A DNA stretch of 17,560 nucleotides from an uncultured archaeon (lineage in GTDB: Archaea; Asgardarchaeota; Thorarchaeia; Thorarchaeales; Thorarchaeaceae). The notes beneath the pieces are model-generated. The model ran no database searches and was not told where the DNA came from. It was given only the letters and a program-made list of their open reading frames with translations. The stretch spans positions 1 through 17,560 of the forward strand of contig CAZVZC010000040.1 of the NCBI GenBank assembly GCA_964631415.1. Direction: 5' to 3'. Shown here one piece after another: positions 6,787 to 15,886 of this stretch. Every line of letters begins with the position of its first letter. The stretch's first letter is position 1. A program made the translations under genes and the position numbers.

Positions 6787-8118
6787 GTGGCTGAAGAGCA
6801 CGAGCATGAGAAGACTGGTTGGCTTCTCAGGGAAGATCCAGTCATAATCAGCTTGTTCACAGCTATCTTCACACTGGGGCTGATGAGTGGTCTTCTTCGC
6901 TTCCTGTTTCCTTTCCAGATACTGGACTTGGGGGGTTCTGAGGCACTCATCTCTTGGGGCAGCGCCTTCTCCTCGATGGGACAGATTGTCGGCCTACTAG
7001 TTGTCAGCAGACTAGTACGCGAAAGAAGGAACACTCTTCTTGTCGCTGGCGGACTACTGTCATTGTTTGCACTGATTGTTGGCGTTACTCCTGATAGTAC
7101 CGTTCTAGCAGTGGCACGCATCACCGAGGGTATGGGGTCTGGTCTTCTCATCATTCTAATCATCCGTGTATCGACAGAGTTCGGGCCCTCCCGTGGTGAG
7201 AGTGTTGGGACTCTCCTAACAGCAATGTTTCTCGGGTCTGCGATTGGTCAGGGACTCGCAGGGTGGGCTGTAGAATATCTTGTCCTCCTCTTGGTGGCAA
7301 GCCAAGCTCAGGTGATTATGCTAGTCGGGGCGGCGATGTGCGTTCTCTCAGCCGCTGTTCTTGTCATCACGGTGGCAAGAGGAGTTCAAGGAGTGATGGA
7401 GCGTCCGACACTCCCAACCCATACACCCGGTCACACGCATCTCGGCATTCTTATCGAGATTGTGTCATCAAGACGAGTCTTGCTCCTTGCCTGTGTCTAT
7501 CTGATTTATGATTTCTCACATGGTATCTACACGCCGGGTCTCTCAATACTGTTTGAAGGAAATGGAATTCCAATGGAGCAGATCGGACTCGGGTATCTAG
7601 TCGGCGACATTGTGTGGGGTATTGTGCAGGTGTACGCAGGTCGGTATGTTGACCGTGTCGGGCACCTCGGCCCTCTGCTCATGAGTCTGATTGTGAAGGG
7701 CGCTATAGTCATGCTGTACCCGGGCGCATCATCTTTCCCGCTGCTAACGTCCCTTCTCATAGTCGCAGGTGTTTCCGAGGGCTTCCTTGAACCCTCAAGA
7801 AACGATGCCGCGATGAGCTTTGCTGGAACGACTGAGTTAGTCCATGATCACCCCCATCACTACTTGGCCCGTGCACAAGGGTTGTCCATTTCTCTGACAA
7901 GCCACAGGCACGAGCATGTTCATACTACGGGCTCCAGTGAAATCGTGTCCTTTCTGCAGACAATAGGCATCGCTGGATTTGCGATGGGTTCTACAGCAGG
8001 TGCTTGGCTACTCTCACAAGGTTTCTTCTTGACCGACTTGACCCCCATAGGAGGATTATTGCTGATCTGTGCAGGACTGCTGTCAGTCGGACTGCATCAA
8101 CGCAGCTCTACCTCCTAG
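6787..8118 (+). CDS. MFS transporter with histidine-rich loops
   Basis: About 12 hydrophobic segments, ARITEGMGSG and GRYVDRVG MFS motifs. His clusters at the N-terminus, the central loop and 7843-7923. Confidence 0.88.
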   Translation: MAEEHEHEKTGWLLREDPVIISLFTAIFTLGLMSGLLRFLFPFQILDLGGSEALISWGSAFSSMGQIVGLLVVSRLVRERRNTLLVAGGLLSLFALIVGVTPDSTVLAVARITEGMGSGLLIILIIRVSTEFGPSRGESVGTLLTAMFLGSAIGQGLAGWAVEYLVLLLVASQAQVIMLVGAAMCVLSAAVLVITVARGVQGVMERPTLPTHTPGHTHLGILIEIVSSRRVLLLACVYLIYDFSHGIYTPGLSILFEGNGIPMEQIGLGYLVGDIVWGIVQVYAGRYVDRVGHLGPLLMSLIVKGAIVMLYPGASSFPLLTSLLIVAGVSEGFLEPSRNDAAMSFAGTTELVHDHPHHYLARAQGLSISLTSHRHEHVHTTGSSEIVSFLQTIGIAGFAMGSTAGAWLLSQGFFLTDLTPIGGLLLICAGLLSVGLHQRSSTS

Positions 8119-8225
8119 TCATGTCTTGTTGGGTGCTGTTTCTAGCTCTCTAATCCTGTTGCCGGAGGAACATAAGCCATAGTTTAAATGGTCCGACAAT
8201 ATTCTTAACAATAGTAAACAAGAGG

Positions 8226-9227
8226 GTGTCGAAAACGATTATAGCCTCCTTGGTCGTGTCACTGCGCGAAGGCATAGAAATCGCCCTGATAGTTGCAGTG
8301 ATTCTGTCATACCTACGAAAGTCGGATCTCCAGAGTCTGAGTCGATACGTTGCTGTGGGGGTCATCCTAGCCACGTTGACAAGCATCGGGGTGGCCTTGG
8401 TGATGGCTGCTGTGTGGGGCGCATTCGAGGGGCCGGGTCTCTCAGTGTTTGAAGGAGTGGTTGTCCTTGCCGCTGCTGTCTTACTCACTTCAATGATACT
8501 CTGGATGTGGAAGTCAAGTGGCAAGATCACGTCTGAGATAGAAGCGTCGGCAGGGAGGCAGGCCGGCTTGCGTGGAGGCATTGGGTTGCTTCTCGTGAGC
8601 TTTGCACTCATACTTCGTGAGGGTGTTGAGCTTGTTCTCTTCTCAATGGCACTGGCAGTGGAGGATGCCTTCCAGACCTACATTGGGATTGCTGCAGGTC
8701 TGTTTCTGGCAACGATTGCAGGCTTCGGCATATATCGCGGGTCGTTTCACGTGAGTCTTCGTTCTTTCTTCAAATGGACGTCCGCCTTCCTCATCCTCTT
8801 TGCAGCCGGAATGGTGGCCTATGGGATACAAGAGCTGCAGGAGGGAGGGCTACTCCTGGTGGGTCCACTTGAGGTGTGGAACACCAACCCGCCCCTGCTT
8901 CCCGATGGCAGTTATCCTTTACTTCACGAAGATGGGCTAATCGGGAGTCTGGCAAAGTCTCTGTTTGGCTACGACGGAAACCCTTCGGCATTGGAGCTAC
9001 TCGGATATCTATCCTACATCGTCATAGTGTCCGTTTACTACTTGCTGAACAGGCCCAGCAGCGGCTCCAAGACGAGACCATCTGAAGGTCGCTTGCAGCA
9101 ACCTGTCATTTCGCAACAGATGCCGCCACAGATGAGTCCATATGTGCACCAACCGAAACGGCTTTCGGCTTTCTTCTCTGCATTCTATCAGAGGGGGAAC
9201 AAACATACATCATTTCACCTCAAATAG
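8226..9227 (+). CDS. FTR1/EfeU family iron permease
   Basis: Two RExxE motifs (REGIE, REGVE), about 7 TM helices, AAGMVAYGIQELQE and LFGY conserved segments. TTTAAAT at 8183 upstream. Confidence 0.93.
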   Translation: MSKTIIASLVVSLREGIEIALIVAVILSYLRKSDLQSLSRYVAVGVILATLTSIGVALVMAAVWGAFEGPGLSVFEGVVVLAAAVLLTSMILWMWKSSGKITSEIEASAGRQAGLRGGIGLLLVSFALILREGVELVLFSMALAVEDAFQTYIGIAAGLFLATIAGFGIYRGSFHVSLRSFFKWTSAFLILFAAGMVAYGIQELQEGGLLLVGPLEVWNTNPPLLPDGSYPLLHEDGLIGSLAKSLFGYDGNPSALELLGYLSYIVIVSVYYLLNRPSSGSKTRPSEGRLQQPVISQQMPPQMSPYVHQPKRLSAFFSAFYQRGNKHTSFHLK

Positions 9228-9242
9228 AGGGGCACGGAAATA

Positions 9243-10091
9243 GTGTCAAGATCTAAGAAACAGAATAATGGAGCGTTGAAGTTTCAAAAGCAAAAGATCA
9301 CTCTCAAAGACCGAATACATGTGCTGATTGCAGAGAGCAAAATCTGTGAGTTGGCATTTGACGAACTTGAGAATGACATCGAAGTCAAGACAATGCTTGA
9401 AGACTCCAACCGAATGGCGATTGACAGACTGAGCTTTTCCGATCACGGCCACACACACTCACTAGTTGTCACTATGAATGGGATTCAGCTTCTGCGCGCA
9501 CTGAGAGCAGGCGTACAACCCTCGATAGTACAGGAGGAAACCGGCACATTCGAGGACTCAGAGCTTGTTGTCTTGCTCGCCTGTTATCTGCACGACATAG
9601 GAATGAGCGTACACCGCGACAGACACAATGAGTTCTCTCTGATGCTAGCAACACCCATAGTCAACAGGATCTTGGAGAAGGTGTACCAGAACGACCGACA
9701 CAAGCAGGTCCATATCAGAGGACACGTTCTTCACGCAATCTTCTGCCATGACAAGATGATAACACCAAGTACCGTCGAAGCAGGCGTTGTGGGTGTGGCG
9801 GACGCACTTGACATGACAAAAGGCAGAGCACGTATTCCATTTGAGGCCGGGAGTGTCAATATCCACTCTGCGTCGGCCATGGCAATCAACAGCGTCGAAA
9901 TCAGGAAGGGCGAGAGCAAGACTGTGAGGATTGAGGTTTCCATGAGCAATGCCACAGGTATCTTCCAGATTCAAGAACTCCTCGAAAAGAAGATACGAAA
10001 CGCCATACAGATAGTCGACCACATAGAACTGTATGCTGTCATGTCCAAGACGGAGGATCGTATACTGGGGAAGGAACTCAGAGTGCTATGA
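9243..10091 (+). CDS. HD-superfamily metal-dependent phosphohydrolase (COG3294-like)
   Basis: DHGHTH, LHDIG, H...HD, ADALDM and IHSASA motifs. Confidence 0.88.
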   Translation: MSRSKKQNNGALKFQKQKITLKDRIHVLIAESKICELAFDELENDIEVKTMLEDSNRMAIDRLSFSDHGHTHSLVVTMNGIQLLRALRAGVQPSIVQEETGTFEDSELVVLLACYLHDIGMSVHRDRHNEFSLMLATPIVNRILEKVYQNDRHKQVHIRGHVLHAIFCHDKMITPSTVEAGVVGVADALDMTKGRARIPFEAGSVNIHSASAMAINSVEIRKGESKTVRIEVSMSNATGIFQIQELLEKKIRNAIQIVDHIELYAVMSKTEDRILGKELRVL

Positions 10092-10283
10092 AGCGTGGTC
10101 GAACACTCCTTCCCTGAAGGTGGCAGCCGCCAAGGTTAAGACCTAGAAGGCCATGCACTCGCACACTGGAGTACCAGCCAGAACCTAGCGACTTTCAAGC
10201 TGAAGACATGATGTCACTGTCTGTTGTAGGCTTGCATAGTCACTGATGAAATCAAGAAGACTGTGCGGATGGAGCCGGCCTGT

Positions 10284-10697
10284 ATGACCGAGGTCTTACA
10301 CTTATCAGTGGAAAACGTTGCCAAGCTTTACCGTCATGCTCAAGACTACTCACCCCTAGAATCTGCTGGTCTTCTCTTTGGCCATCTTGAGGGAAGCGTT
10401 GTCACAGTCACAAGAGTCGAACTCTTGAAGAACGCCCTGCGGTCGAGGATCAGGTTCGAGATAGACCCTATAGCCGAATATGAGCTGTTGTTGGATGCTG
10501 AAACACGCGGCGAAGAACTGGTTGGAATATTCCACTCCCACCCTGCACCACCCCAACCTTCAGAGGCAGACCTTCAGAACATGAGTCTAAACCCAGTCGT
10601 CTGGCTCATAGCATCGAGGACTACTGGAACTTGGATGAGTCGGGCCTTTGTGCTCAAAAGGAGAAAGCCAGTCGAGGTACCTGTCATCCTGTCCTGA
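10284..10697 (+). CDS. JAMM/MPN+ metalloprotease (M67 family)
   Basis: ESAGLLFG...GIFHSHPAPPQPSEAD fits E...H-S-H-x7-S-x2-D. Start uncertain (10263, 10269 or 10284). Confidence 0.92.
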   Translation: MTEVLHLSVENVAKLYRHAQDYSPLESAGLLFGHLEGSVVTVTRVELLKNALRSRIRFEIDPIAEYELLLDAETRGEELVGIFHSHPAPPQPSEADLQNMSLNPVVWLIASRTTGTWMSRAFVLKRRKPVEVPVILS

Positions 10698-10704
10698 GCA
10701 TGCC

Positions 10705-11016
10705 CTATCGTGTCAGTCCTTTCAGCGTGCCTGACGTCCGTTCTGGTTCGAATGATACTTGAGTGCCATCAATCGAAGACAGAAGCGCTGCCGATGCGAG
10801 CACCTTGTCCACTGACTCTGCATTGCACTGCAAGACACCCAAACCGCTCTCCTCATCATAATCATTTATGAAGAGTCTGGAGTCTGCCACGGAGGTTTCG
10901 CCGAAAAGCGACAGGAAGCTCTTCCAGATGGCACTTGACAGGCGCCGGGCGTCAATGAGTGGGCCGGTCCTGTGAAGGTGAAAGAGCACGTATCTTTTCC
11001 TTATCGTCTTGTGCAT
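10705..11016 (-). CDS. rnp2: Ribonuclease P protein component 2 (Pop5/Rpp14)
   Basis: RKRYVLF, LFG and TSGTLKG motifs. Lies directly after rpp30. Confidence 0.9.
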   Translation of the reverse strand: MHKTIRKRYVLFHLHRTGPLIDARRLSSAIWKSFLSLFGETSVADSRLFINDYDEESGLGVLQCNAESVDKVLASAALLSSIDGTQVSFEPERTSGTLKGLTR

Positions 11017-11017
11017 C

Positions 11018-11704
11018 CTATTCACCCTCCCTGACGATCTCGACTCCAGGCGACACGGACTCTATTCTCATCTTATGCTCTGAAGCAGCCACTATCTGGT
11101 CCGGGACTGAATAGGCCGCTTCTCTTGAATGTCGCCTGTCCATCCCGAGAAGGGTACCCACAAACCACATTGCAGACGGCGCTCTCATCAGAATTGGTTC
11201 TATGGCTCCACTGGAGAGGACAATGCGCATTCCTGCATGTGTGGCAGTCGTCACTGACTCTCTGTACACTCTGAGTATCTTGGATCTGTCCAATCCAGAC
11301 GATGTGAGGAGGGATGCAATGGGAATCTCTAGGGCAATCCCGGTCTCAGCTGCCAGACTTGCAGTGCTCTCCTTAACCACATGGTCCTTCGTTGGCTCGC
11401 TGAGTGTCAGCAGATCTATCCTCCGGTCTGCTGCAGCCCAGTTGGCGATCTCGGTGTCCCGAATGGGCACCGATACTATGGCTGACTGTTTCCTGACACG
11501 CCCGATTTGTTTCCTGAGCACATCCAGGCTCTTTCCCTCGAGGTCTATCCTCGTTAGGATGACTACTCCATTGTCAGTCCTAGTTATCGGGCTGCCAAGA
11601 GGCAGTGGTACGGCAAACCCTGTGAGGCCTATCTTGCAAGCCATGTCTACGAATGTGTCTAGCTTCTCCAAACTGGGAACCCTAGCATTCAAGTCCACGG
11701 GCAT
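11018..11704 (-). CDS. rnp3: Ribonuclease P protein component 3 (Rpp30)
   Basis: N-terminal DLN, ALEI, VLSSGA...MRAP motifs. Conserved gene context. Confidence 0.9.
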   Translation of the reverse strand: MPVDLNARVPSLEKLDTFVDMACKIGLTGFAVPLPLGSPITRTDNGVVILTRIDLEGKSLDVLRKQIGRVRKQSAIVSVPIRDTEIANWAAADRRIDLLTLSEPTKDHVVKESTASLAAETGIALEIPIASLLTSSGLDRSKILRVYRESVTTATHAGMRIVLSSGAIEPILMRAPSAMWFVGTLLGMDRRHSREAAYSVPDQIVAASEHKMRIESVSPGVEIVREGE

Positions 11705-11709
11705 CTGGT

Positions 11710-12168
11710 TCAGTCCCCTATTTCTTTCAGGAGGCCCTCAATGAGCGACGCGGCTGTTTCTTGAGCGCATCGTGGATACTGCTGGATATGTATCTGCACA
11801 CTTATCATATCCGGTCCTGTGGCTAGCTTCAGATGACCAAGGTAAGCAGCCTGTTTGTCAATCCTAACAAAGAACACACATCGTTCATCAATGCGCTGCA
11901 TGAGTGTCGAGGCCAGAGTCTTCCTATCGTCAGGCGAGAGCTCCGTCAGAAGATGGCGTACTGCTGTTTCACAAGGCAACTTAGAACGAAGAACTGCGGA
12001 GATTACGTCAATTGGGGGCCGGTTGTACCCCTCTGCCGTTTCAGTTTCGACTTTCACCCGACTACGCAGTTCCTCAGGGAACACATTGAGGACCGCAGTT
12101 TTTACTCTCTCCACAATCTCTGTTGGACGAGAGTGGCCGCGGGCCTCAAACCTAGCAAAGTATGACAT
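11710..12168 (-). CDS. Archaeal RNA-binding protein (DUF54/COG1325)
   Basis: PTEIVERVKTAV, AEGYNRPPI and FFVRIDKQAAYLG motifs. Lies between rpl15e and rpp30. Confidence 0.88.
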   Translation of the reverse strand: MSYFARFEARGHSRPTEIVERVKTAVLNVFPEELRSRVKVETETAEGYNRPPIDVISAVLRSKLPCETAVRHLLTELSPDDRKTLASTLMQRIDERCVFFVRIDKQAAYLGHLKLATGPDMISVQIHIQQYPRCAQETAASLIEGLLKEIGD

Positions 12169-12197
12169 TTCAGACGACCCAGAGGTGTTGTCACAGG

Positions 12198-12779
12198 CTA
12201 CTTTCCAAGGTTACGGTTCGCCCGGAGGGAAGGTCTCATCTTCTCAGCTCCGCGACCCCTGTTCCTCAGGCCTCTGCTTCTCTTGCCAGCAGAAGAGAGT
12301 CCTCGACTCACACGACCCTTCTGTACGGGATCGCAGATCCAGTTGATCTCCGGATCATTATAGATTACTGGATGGCTGGGGTCTACCAGGATACACTCAT
12401 ACCAGACCCATTTGTTGTCGTTACCCACCCAATAGGAGTTCAAGAGGCGCAGGTTAGGGAACTTCTTCGCTGCTCGCTCTTCAGCAATCCAGCGACGTGA
12501 CTTCTGGGGTGTGTATCTGACAACACCCAAGCTCCTTGGCTTCCGTCCTGCCTTTGGTCGTATCTTCTCGCGGGGACCTCGGCCGGTCCTGATTCTTACG
12601 ATCACATATCCCTGCTTGGCCTTGTAGCCGAGCTCGCGTGCTCGTCCAAGCCTAGTCGGACGCTCCAGCCTTATGATGGTTTCCTGCTTTCTCCAGCCTA
12701 TCAGTCTGCTTCGGATGATCTCAGTACGCCCTGTCTGCTCTTCCATCCACGTTTCTTGCATGTGCTTGTAAGCTGACAT
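12198..12779 (-). CDS. rpl15e: 50S ribosomal protein L15e
   Basis: ERPTRLGRARELGYKAKQG, AEERAAKKFPNL, NSYWVG, ILVDPSHP, RGLSSAG. Confidence 0.98.
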   Translation of the reverse strand: MSAYKHMQETWMEEQTGRTEIIRSRLIGWRKQETIIRLERPTRLGRARELGYKAKQGYVIVRIRTGRGPREKIRPKAGRKPRSLGVVRYTPQKSRRWIAEERAAKKFPNLRLLNSYWVGNDNKWVWYECILVDPSHPVIYNDPEINWICDPVQKGRVSRGLSSAGKRSRGLRNRGRGAEKMRPSLRANRNLGK

Positions 12780-12810
12780 CTATCTACTTCCTTTGCAGTG
12801 AATCAAATCG

Positions 12811-12871
12811 CTTTGTTTGTGGTTCAGCCCGGAGGGCCACATCCCGTGCGGACGCATCCGCCAACACAAAG
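12811..12871 (-). ncRNA. Structured rpl15e 5' leader (eL15 ribosomal-protein-leader-like)
   Basis: The minus strand folds as a 3-way junction: closing stem CUUUGU-G-UUG/CAA-ACAAAG, hairpin GCGGA-UGCG-UCCGC, then GGGAU-GUGGCCC-UCC-GGGC-UGAA-CCAC, about 30 nt before the ATG. Confidence 0.65.
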
Positions 12872-12936
12872 GAATGGTTGTGGTCGAGGATACGTGGTCA
12901 ACCCACTGACTCGACCACAGCCCGTTCTGGGAGCTT

Positions 12937-12944
12937 TACTTAAA
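12937..12944 (-). promoter_or_regulatory. TATA box for the rpl15e operon
   Basis: TTTAAGTA on the minus strand upstream of the leader. Confidence 0.5.
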
Positions 12945-12987
12945 GATGTAACGATTGGGCTCCCAGACACAGCCATACTGTATGGTC

Positions 12988-13905
12988 CTACTTTCCAGTG
13001 AGTTCCTTGATGACCTTGTCAACGGTCAGTTCTCCAATCCTCACTTGGGCCTCAAGTGTGGATGAAGCAATATGCGGGCATGCCACTACCTTCGGATGCT
13101 TGACGAGCTTCCAGTCTTTGGGTGGCTCGTCGACGTAGACGTCCAGACCTGCGCCTGCGATTGCTCCGGCGTCAAGGGCCTTCAGCAGAGCTGCCTCGTC
13201 CACAATCCCACCTCGTGAAGTGTTGATTATGTAGGCGGTCTTCTTCATACGAGCCAGCTCCTTCTCACCAATCATGCCCTTTGTTTCAGGGACCAAAGGA
13301 ACATGCAGAGTCATGAAGTCCGACTTCTCTATTACGTCCTTGAGTTCGGAACGCTTTATGCCAAGGTCCTTGCAGGCCTTGCTGATGTCAATCACATCAT
13401 AGGCCAGCACATCCATATCGAAGGCCTTCGCTCTCTTTGCTACTTCTGCTCCGATTCTGCCCAAGCCAACGATGCCCAGGGTCTTCTTGTACAGCTCTGT
13501 GCCCTCCAGTTTCTTCTTCTCCCACTTCTCCTCTTTCATCGTGCGGTCTGCCAGCGGGAGGAACCTGATCAAGGAGAGCATGAGTCCGAAGACCAGCTCG
13601 GCCACAGATACAGAGGGGCCTTCAGGAGTGTTCAACACCTTAATGCCTTTGGCCTTCGCGGCCTCAGCGTCCACATTGTCAAGACCTACCCCTGCTCTGA
13701 CTATCAGTTTCAGCTTGTCTGCAGCAGCGATGACCTCCTTGGTCACCTTTGTTGCACTTCTGACTACTATGCATTCAAAGCCCTTGATCTGCTTCTCCAA
13801 GGGCCCATCAGTTTCTGTCTTTCTGACTACAATCGTCAGTCCTGCTTTTTCCAGCCTCTTCTGGGCGGACTCGGATATGGGATCTGCAATCAGCACACGT
13901 GCCAT
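12988..13905 (-). CDS. serA: D-3-phosphoglycerate dehydrogenase / D-2-hydroxyacid dehydrogenase (short form, no ACT domain)
   Basis: VVRSATKV, RAGVGLDNVD, GLGRIG, NTSRGGIVDE, DVYVDEPP, PHIASST. Confidence 0.9.
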   Translation of the reverse strand: MARVLIADPISESAQKRLEKAGLTIVVRKTETDGPLEKQIKGFECIVVRSATKVTKEVIAAADKLKLIVRAGVGLDNVDAEAAKAKGIKVLNTPEGPSVSVAELVFGLMLSLIRFLPLADRTMKEEKWEKKKLEGTELYKKTLGIVGLGRIGAEVAKRAKAFDMDVLAYDVIDISKACKDLGIKRSELKDVIEKSDFMTLHVPLVPETKGMIGEKELARMKKTAYIINTSRGGIVDEAALLKALDAGAIAGAGLDVYVDEPPKDWKLVKHPKVVACPHIASSTLEAQVRIGELTVDKVIKELTGK

Positions 13906-14006
13906 GGTTCTTACCCTCCGATTTGGGTGTGCGCAGACCGAGCTTGCTCCGTCTTAAGCTTGGCGACCAAAGAGTTTCTTAGGGTCCGGCCTCTGCTCTA
14001 GACCCC

Positions 14007-14591
14007 ATGAAGCGGCAACTGGAGCCTTCGAACTCTCTTGTACCCTGCCCAGCTGTTCTCGTGAGCGTCAGGGGAACTGACCGACCCAACATAATCACTC
14101 TAGCTTGGGCGGCCAATGTATGTAGTGAACCCCCCACTGTCGTCGTGGGCATTCGACCAAGACGTTACAGTCACGGGCTCGTGAAAGAGGCCGGTGACTT
14201 TGTTGTCAACATTCCGTCTGTGGACCTGATCGAGGCAACCAAGATGTGTGGCGCGAAGTCAGGTAGGGACACGGACAAGTTTGCGGTCTGCCACTTGACT
14301 GCAGAGCCCTCGGCCAAGGTCACTTCTCCGATGATCAAGGAGTGCCCTATCAACATTGAATGCAAGACAAAGCAAGTCATCACTCTAGGAAGTCATGACC
14401 TCTTCATCGCCGAAGTTGTGGCTGTCCACATCGATGAGTCTGTGCTTGACGAGAAAGGCAACTTCGACGCAGCCAAGGCGAAGTTGTTCACCTTTCTTCC
14501 ATTGACCGGAGATTACTGGGCACTCGGAAAGCCGGTTCGCGAATCACCCCCTGCACGTTCAGCGGCCACCAAGAGGCGTGGTCGTGGATAG
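14007..14591 (+). CDS. Flavin reductase-like (flavoredoxin family) FMN-binding protein
   Basis: PCPAVLVS, NIITLAW, FVVNIP, CGAKSGRDTDKF, ECPINIEC, GSHDLFIAEVV. Confidence 0.92.
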   Translation: MKRQLEPSNSLVPCPAVLVSVRGTDRPNIITLAWAANVCSEPPTVVVGIRPRRYSHGLVKEAGDFVVNIPSVDLIEATKMCGAKSGRDTDKFAVCHLTAEPSAKVTSPMIKECPINIECKTKQVITLGSHDLFIAEVVAVHIDESVLDEKGNFDAAKAKLFTFLPLTGDYWALGKPVRESPPARSAATKRRGRG

Positions 14592-14668
14592 GTCTTGGAT
14601 TGCGAATGTCATCTTGGCACGGTCAAGTCCGAAACCTGTAAGCCCCGACGGCCATAGAGTGAGAGCGC

Positions 14669-15886
14669 TCACTTGGTCCCCTTTGCGCTCACAATCTTGA
14701 TGACGTCGCCGTTCTTCAGGACCGTCTTGTCAGAGATTCTCATCTTCGTACGCGCGTCAATCGCATGTATGAAGCTCTGCATGAGATCCGTATGAATTAC
14801 CCCTGCGAACTCCTTTGCCGTTATGCCCTCCGGGACTAGGAAGACATCTGGCAGGACATTTCCATCTCCATCAGTGAGCGAGTTCGGGTCGTGAACCGGA
14901 TAGACGGCTATCATATGCAGGTACTCAAACACAGCCCTGTTGAGAATACCCTGTACTCCAGTTCCTCCATACTTCTTGAGAAGGTCCTTCTTGAGCTTCT
15001 CCAGCTGCACCACCTCGCTTTCTTTCAGCCGCTGTGGTTGAAGGATTTGGAAATCATCATCCCCAGGTATGTACTTAATGACTCCCCTCTTGTCCATGTC
15101 TCTCAGTGCTTTCTCAGCCAGGGCGCTTACGGGCACAACTAGGTTGTCGGGGAACGCCTGTTGTAGTTTCTTGAGGTTCTGTTCGGCGGTTGGACGATCA
15201 ATCTTGTTGGCCGCTATGATTATTGGTTTGGCCACTTTGCGGAGTACTCGAACGAACTTCCTAACGTCATCGTTTGTCCAGCTGTCCGCCGTTTCGACCT
15301 TCAGGCCCGAGTCTCTTATCGCCTTCAGGATGTGCCCTCTGCTGATGTTCAGGCCTGTGAGCTTCTCGAGAAGCAGTTCATCGACTTTCGCACCTTCTGC
15401 CCTGACTCGTCCAGAGATCCTTCTCCAGTCCTTCTGCACTATCGCAAGCATCCACTCGGTTATCTCCTCCTCAAGGAACTTCACATCCTCAAGTGGGTCA
15501 TGAGTCCCTGCCGCGACTTCCTGTCCCTCCGAGTTCGTAGAGCCGCTGGTGTCCACGATGTGAATGAGGACATCGGCCTGTCTCAGATCGTCCAGGAACT
15601 GGTTTCCCATTCCTTTTCCTTCATGTGCGCCAGGGACAAGGCCTGCAACGTCGATCAACTTGATGGGTATCATCCTGATACCATCAATACAGGCCGAGTT
15701 CTTCGGGTTATCCGTAACACCGAAGGTCCTGCATACACATGGTGTACGCACGTAGGTGACTGCAACATTCGCCTGAATGGTAGTGAAGGGGTAGTTGCCC
15801 ACCTTGAAGTCGGTCATACATGCCGCGTTAGTAAACGAGGTCTTACCAGACGACGGTTTCCCAACAATACCGACACTGAACCCCAT
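14669..15886 (-). CDS. ychF: Obg-family ribosome-binding ATPase/GTPase YchF (archaeal type, TGS domain)
   Basis: GKPSSGKT, NYPFTT, DVAG, NKID and a C-terminal TGS domain (IHTDL). Start at 15886 or 15895. Confidence 0.95.
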   Translation of the reverse strand: MGFSVGIVGKPSSGKTSFTNAACMTDFKVGNYPFTTIQANVAVTYVRTPCVCRTFGVTDNPKNSACIDGIRMIPIKLIDVAGLVPGAHEGKGMGNQFLDDLRQADVLIHIVDTSGSTNSEGQEVAAGTHDPLEDVKFLEEEITEWMLAIVQKDWRRISGRVRAEGAKVDELLLEKLTGLNISRGHILKAIRDSGLKVETADSWTNDDVRKFVRVLRKVAKPIIIAANKIDRPTAEQNLKKLQQAFPDNLVVPVSALAEKALRDMDKRGVIKYIPGDDDFQILQPQRLKESEVVQLEKLKKDLLKKYGGTGVQGILNRAVFEYLHMIAVYPVHDPNSLTDGDGNVLPDVFLVPEGITAKEFAGVIHTDLMQSFIHAIDARTKMRISDKTVLKNGDVIKIVSAKGTK

